In this document: in pieces, positions 62,970-64,000 of the stretch
How positions within the stretch are numbered: the first letter of the stretch is position 1
Layout: each line of letters begins with the position of its first letter
NCBI GenBank assembly: GCA_947501605.1
Contig: CANMWZ010000001.1
Span: 192,001-256,000 of the forward strand
Direction of reading: 5' to 3'
From: Planctomycetota bacterium
GTDB lineage: Bacteria > Planctomycetota > UBA1135 > UBA2386
Length of the DNA stretch: 64,000 nt
Translations under genes and position numbers: made by a program
The notes under the pieces: model-generated
The model's database searches: none
What the model was told of the DNA's origin: nothing
The model's input: the letters and a program-made list of their open reading frames with translations, nothing else

Positions 62970-63403
62970 CAGCTTCGGCCTCCCCACAACCGCCCGATCA
63001 CTTCGATCAGGACCACGTCGACGACGGTAAGGAAGAAGAAGAGAACGAGAACCATCCCGACGACAGCCATGGCACCGGACCAGGTCTCGGGCCAAGTCGG
63101 CCAAGTGACCTTGTGCATTTCCTCTTCGGTGTCGATCAGCGCATCGGCCACGCGCGGCCGATTGAGAATGCGATGGATCACGAACGCAGACACCGACCCG
63201 ACCGCCAGAGCAATCAGGGTAGATGTCTTCAGGGTGCCGAGTAGCGGGAACGTGTCGACGTAGGTCGTGTTGGCCTCGCCGAGCCATCCGTCCAACTGCG
63301 TAACCAGCCCACCGCCATGGAAGCAGCCATAGGCGACGAGCAGGACGAGCCCGACGAACGCCACGAGGCGGGCATAGCGCCCATGGTCCTTACGGTAGCT
63401 CAC
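62969..63403 (-). CDS. secE: Preprotein translocase SecE (3-TM form)
   Basis: LIDTEEEMHKVTWPT plus TM; GTG start at 63403. Confidence 0.92.
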   Translation of the reverse strand: MSYRKDHGRYARLVAFVGLVLLVAYGCFHGGGLVTQLDGWLGEANTTYVDTFPLLGTLKTSTLIALAVGSVSAFVIHRILNRPRVADALIDTEEEMHKVTWPTWPETWSGAMAVVGMVLVLFFFLTVVDVVLIEVIGRLWGGRS

Positions 63404-63480
63404 GGTTGGATGTCTCTCTTCTTTCAATCCGCGCCAAGCACGGGTGGATCGCTGCGCTGCAGCGGATCGTGAACGGAAGG

Positions 63481-63556
63481 TGGCAGGGCAGGTAGGACTC
63501 GAACCCACAACCGGTCGGTTTGGAACCGACTGCACTACCAATTGTGCTACTGCCCT
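63481..63556 (-). tRNA. tRNA-Trp(CCA)
   Basis: Reverse complement AGGGCAG..GTCGG-TTCCAAA-CCGAC..GTTCGAG..CTGCCCTGCCA. Confidence 0.97.
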
Positions 63557-63636
63557 ATGCCGATCGGCGATGCCGATCGTGCCTGGTGATTACCAGGCGC
63601 GCTCGCGGCAGCAGAACTGCCGCGACGCTGCTGCGG

Positions 63637-64000
63637 TCACTTGATGATCTTAGTCACGCGGCCTGCACCGACGGTGCGGCCACCTTCACGGATGGCGAAG
63701 CGCTGATGCTCGTCCATCGCGATCGGAGTGCCCAACTCGATCTGGACTTCCACGTTGTCGCCAGGCATGCACATCTCTGCGCCAACCAGCGTCGCTGTGC
63801 CAGTCACGTCGGTCGTGCGGAAGTAGAACTGCGGACGGTAGCCGTTCATGAACGGCGTGTGACGACCGCCCTCTTCCTTGGTCAAAGCGTAGACTTGGGC
63901 CTTGAACTGGGTGTGTGGCAGAACCGTCTTGGCCTTGGCCAAGACCATGCCACGCTCGATGTCATCCTTGCTGACACCGCGCAGCAGAAGGCCGACGTTG
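63637..64000 (-). CDS. tuf: Elongation factor Tu (3' part, truncated by window edge)
   Basis: [37 protein letters not shown]. Confidence 0.98.
   Translation of the reverse strand, partial: NVGLLLRGVSKDDIERGMVLAKAKTVLPHTQFKAQVYALTKEEGGRHTPFMNGYRPQFYFRTTDVTGTATLVGAEMCMPGDNVEVQIELGTPIAMDEHQRFAIREGGRTVGAGRVTKIIK

Overview
A high-GC bacterial core-genome window, most likely Planctomycetota (inferred from RpoA starting MRIRWRNFELP, the RpoB segment [11 protein letters not shown] and a 3-TM SecE). The right half (34.2-64 kb, all minus strand) is a contiguous tuf-tRNA-Trp-secE-nusG-rplKAJL-rpoBC-rpsLG-fusA-S10-spc-alpha superoperon. It lacks rplC (L3), rpmD and map, and carries strongly divergent EF-G and IF-1 genes. 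The left half holds: a type IV pilus set (pilM, pilN, an apparent pilO-pilP fusion, a secretin with tandem N0 domains, a pilT/U ATPase, and a GspC-like TM+PDZ protein); obgE-rpmA-rplU; an RNase E/G with a ~200-aa His/acidic insertion; an rpoN-orf-truA-hpf-ptsN-ptsH cluster; hrpB, recR, ybaB and dnaX; two convergent tRNA-Ser genes enclosing a REP-like array, SRP RNA and a secreted protein; tadA; an N-acetylornithine-type carbamoyltransferase; a candidate sphingolipid locus (Spt-like, divergent CerR-like reductase, 2OG-Fe(II) oxygenase); dnaE; and a nest of decayed IS elements. All calls come from motif recognition by eye with no database searches, and starts were often trimmed from the ORF track to the likelier internal start.
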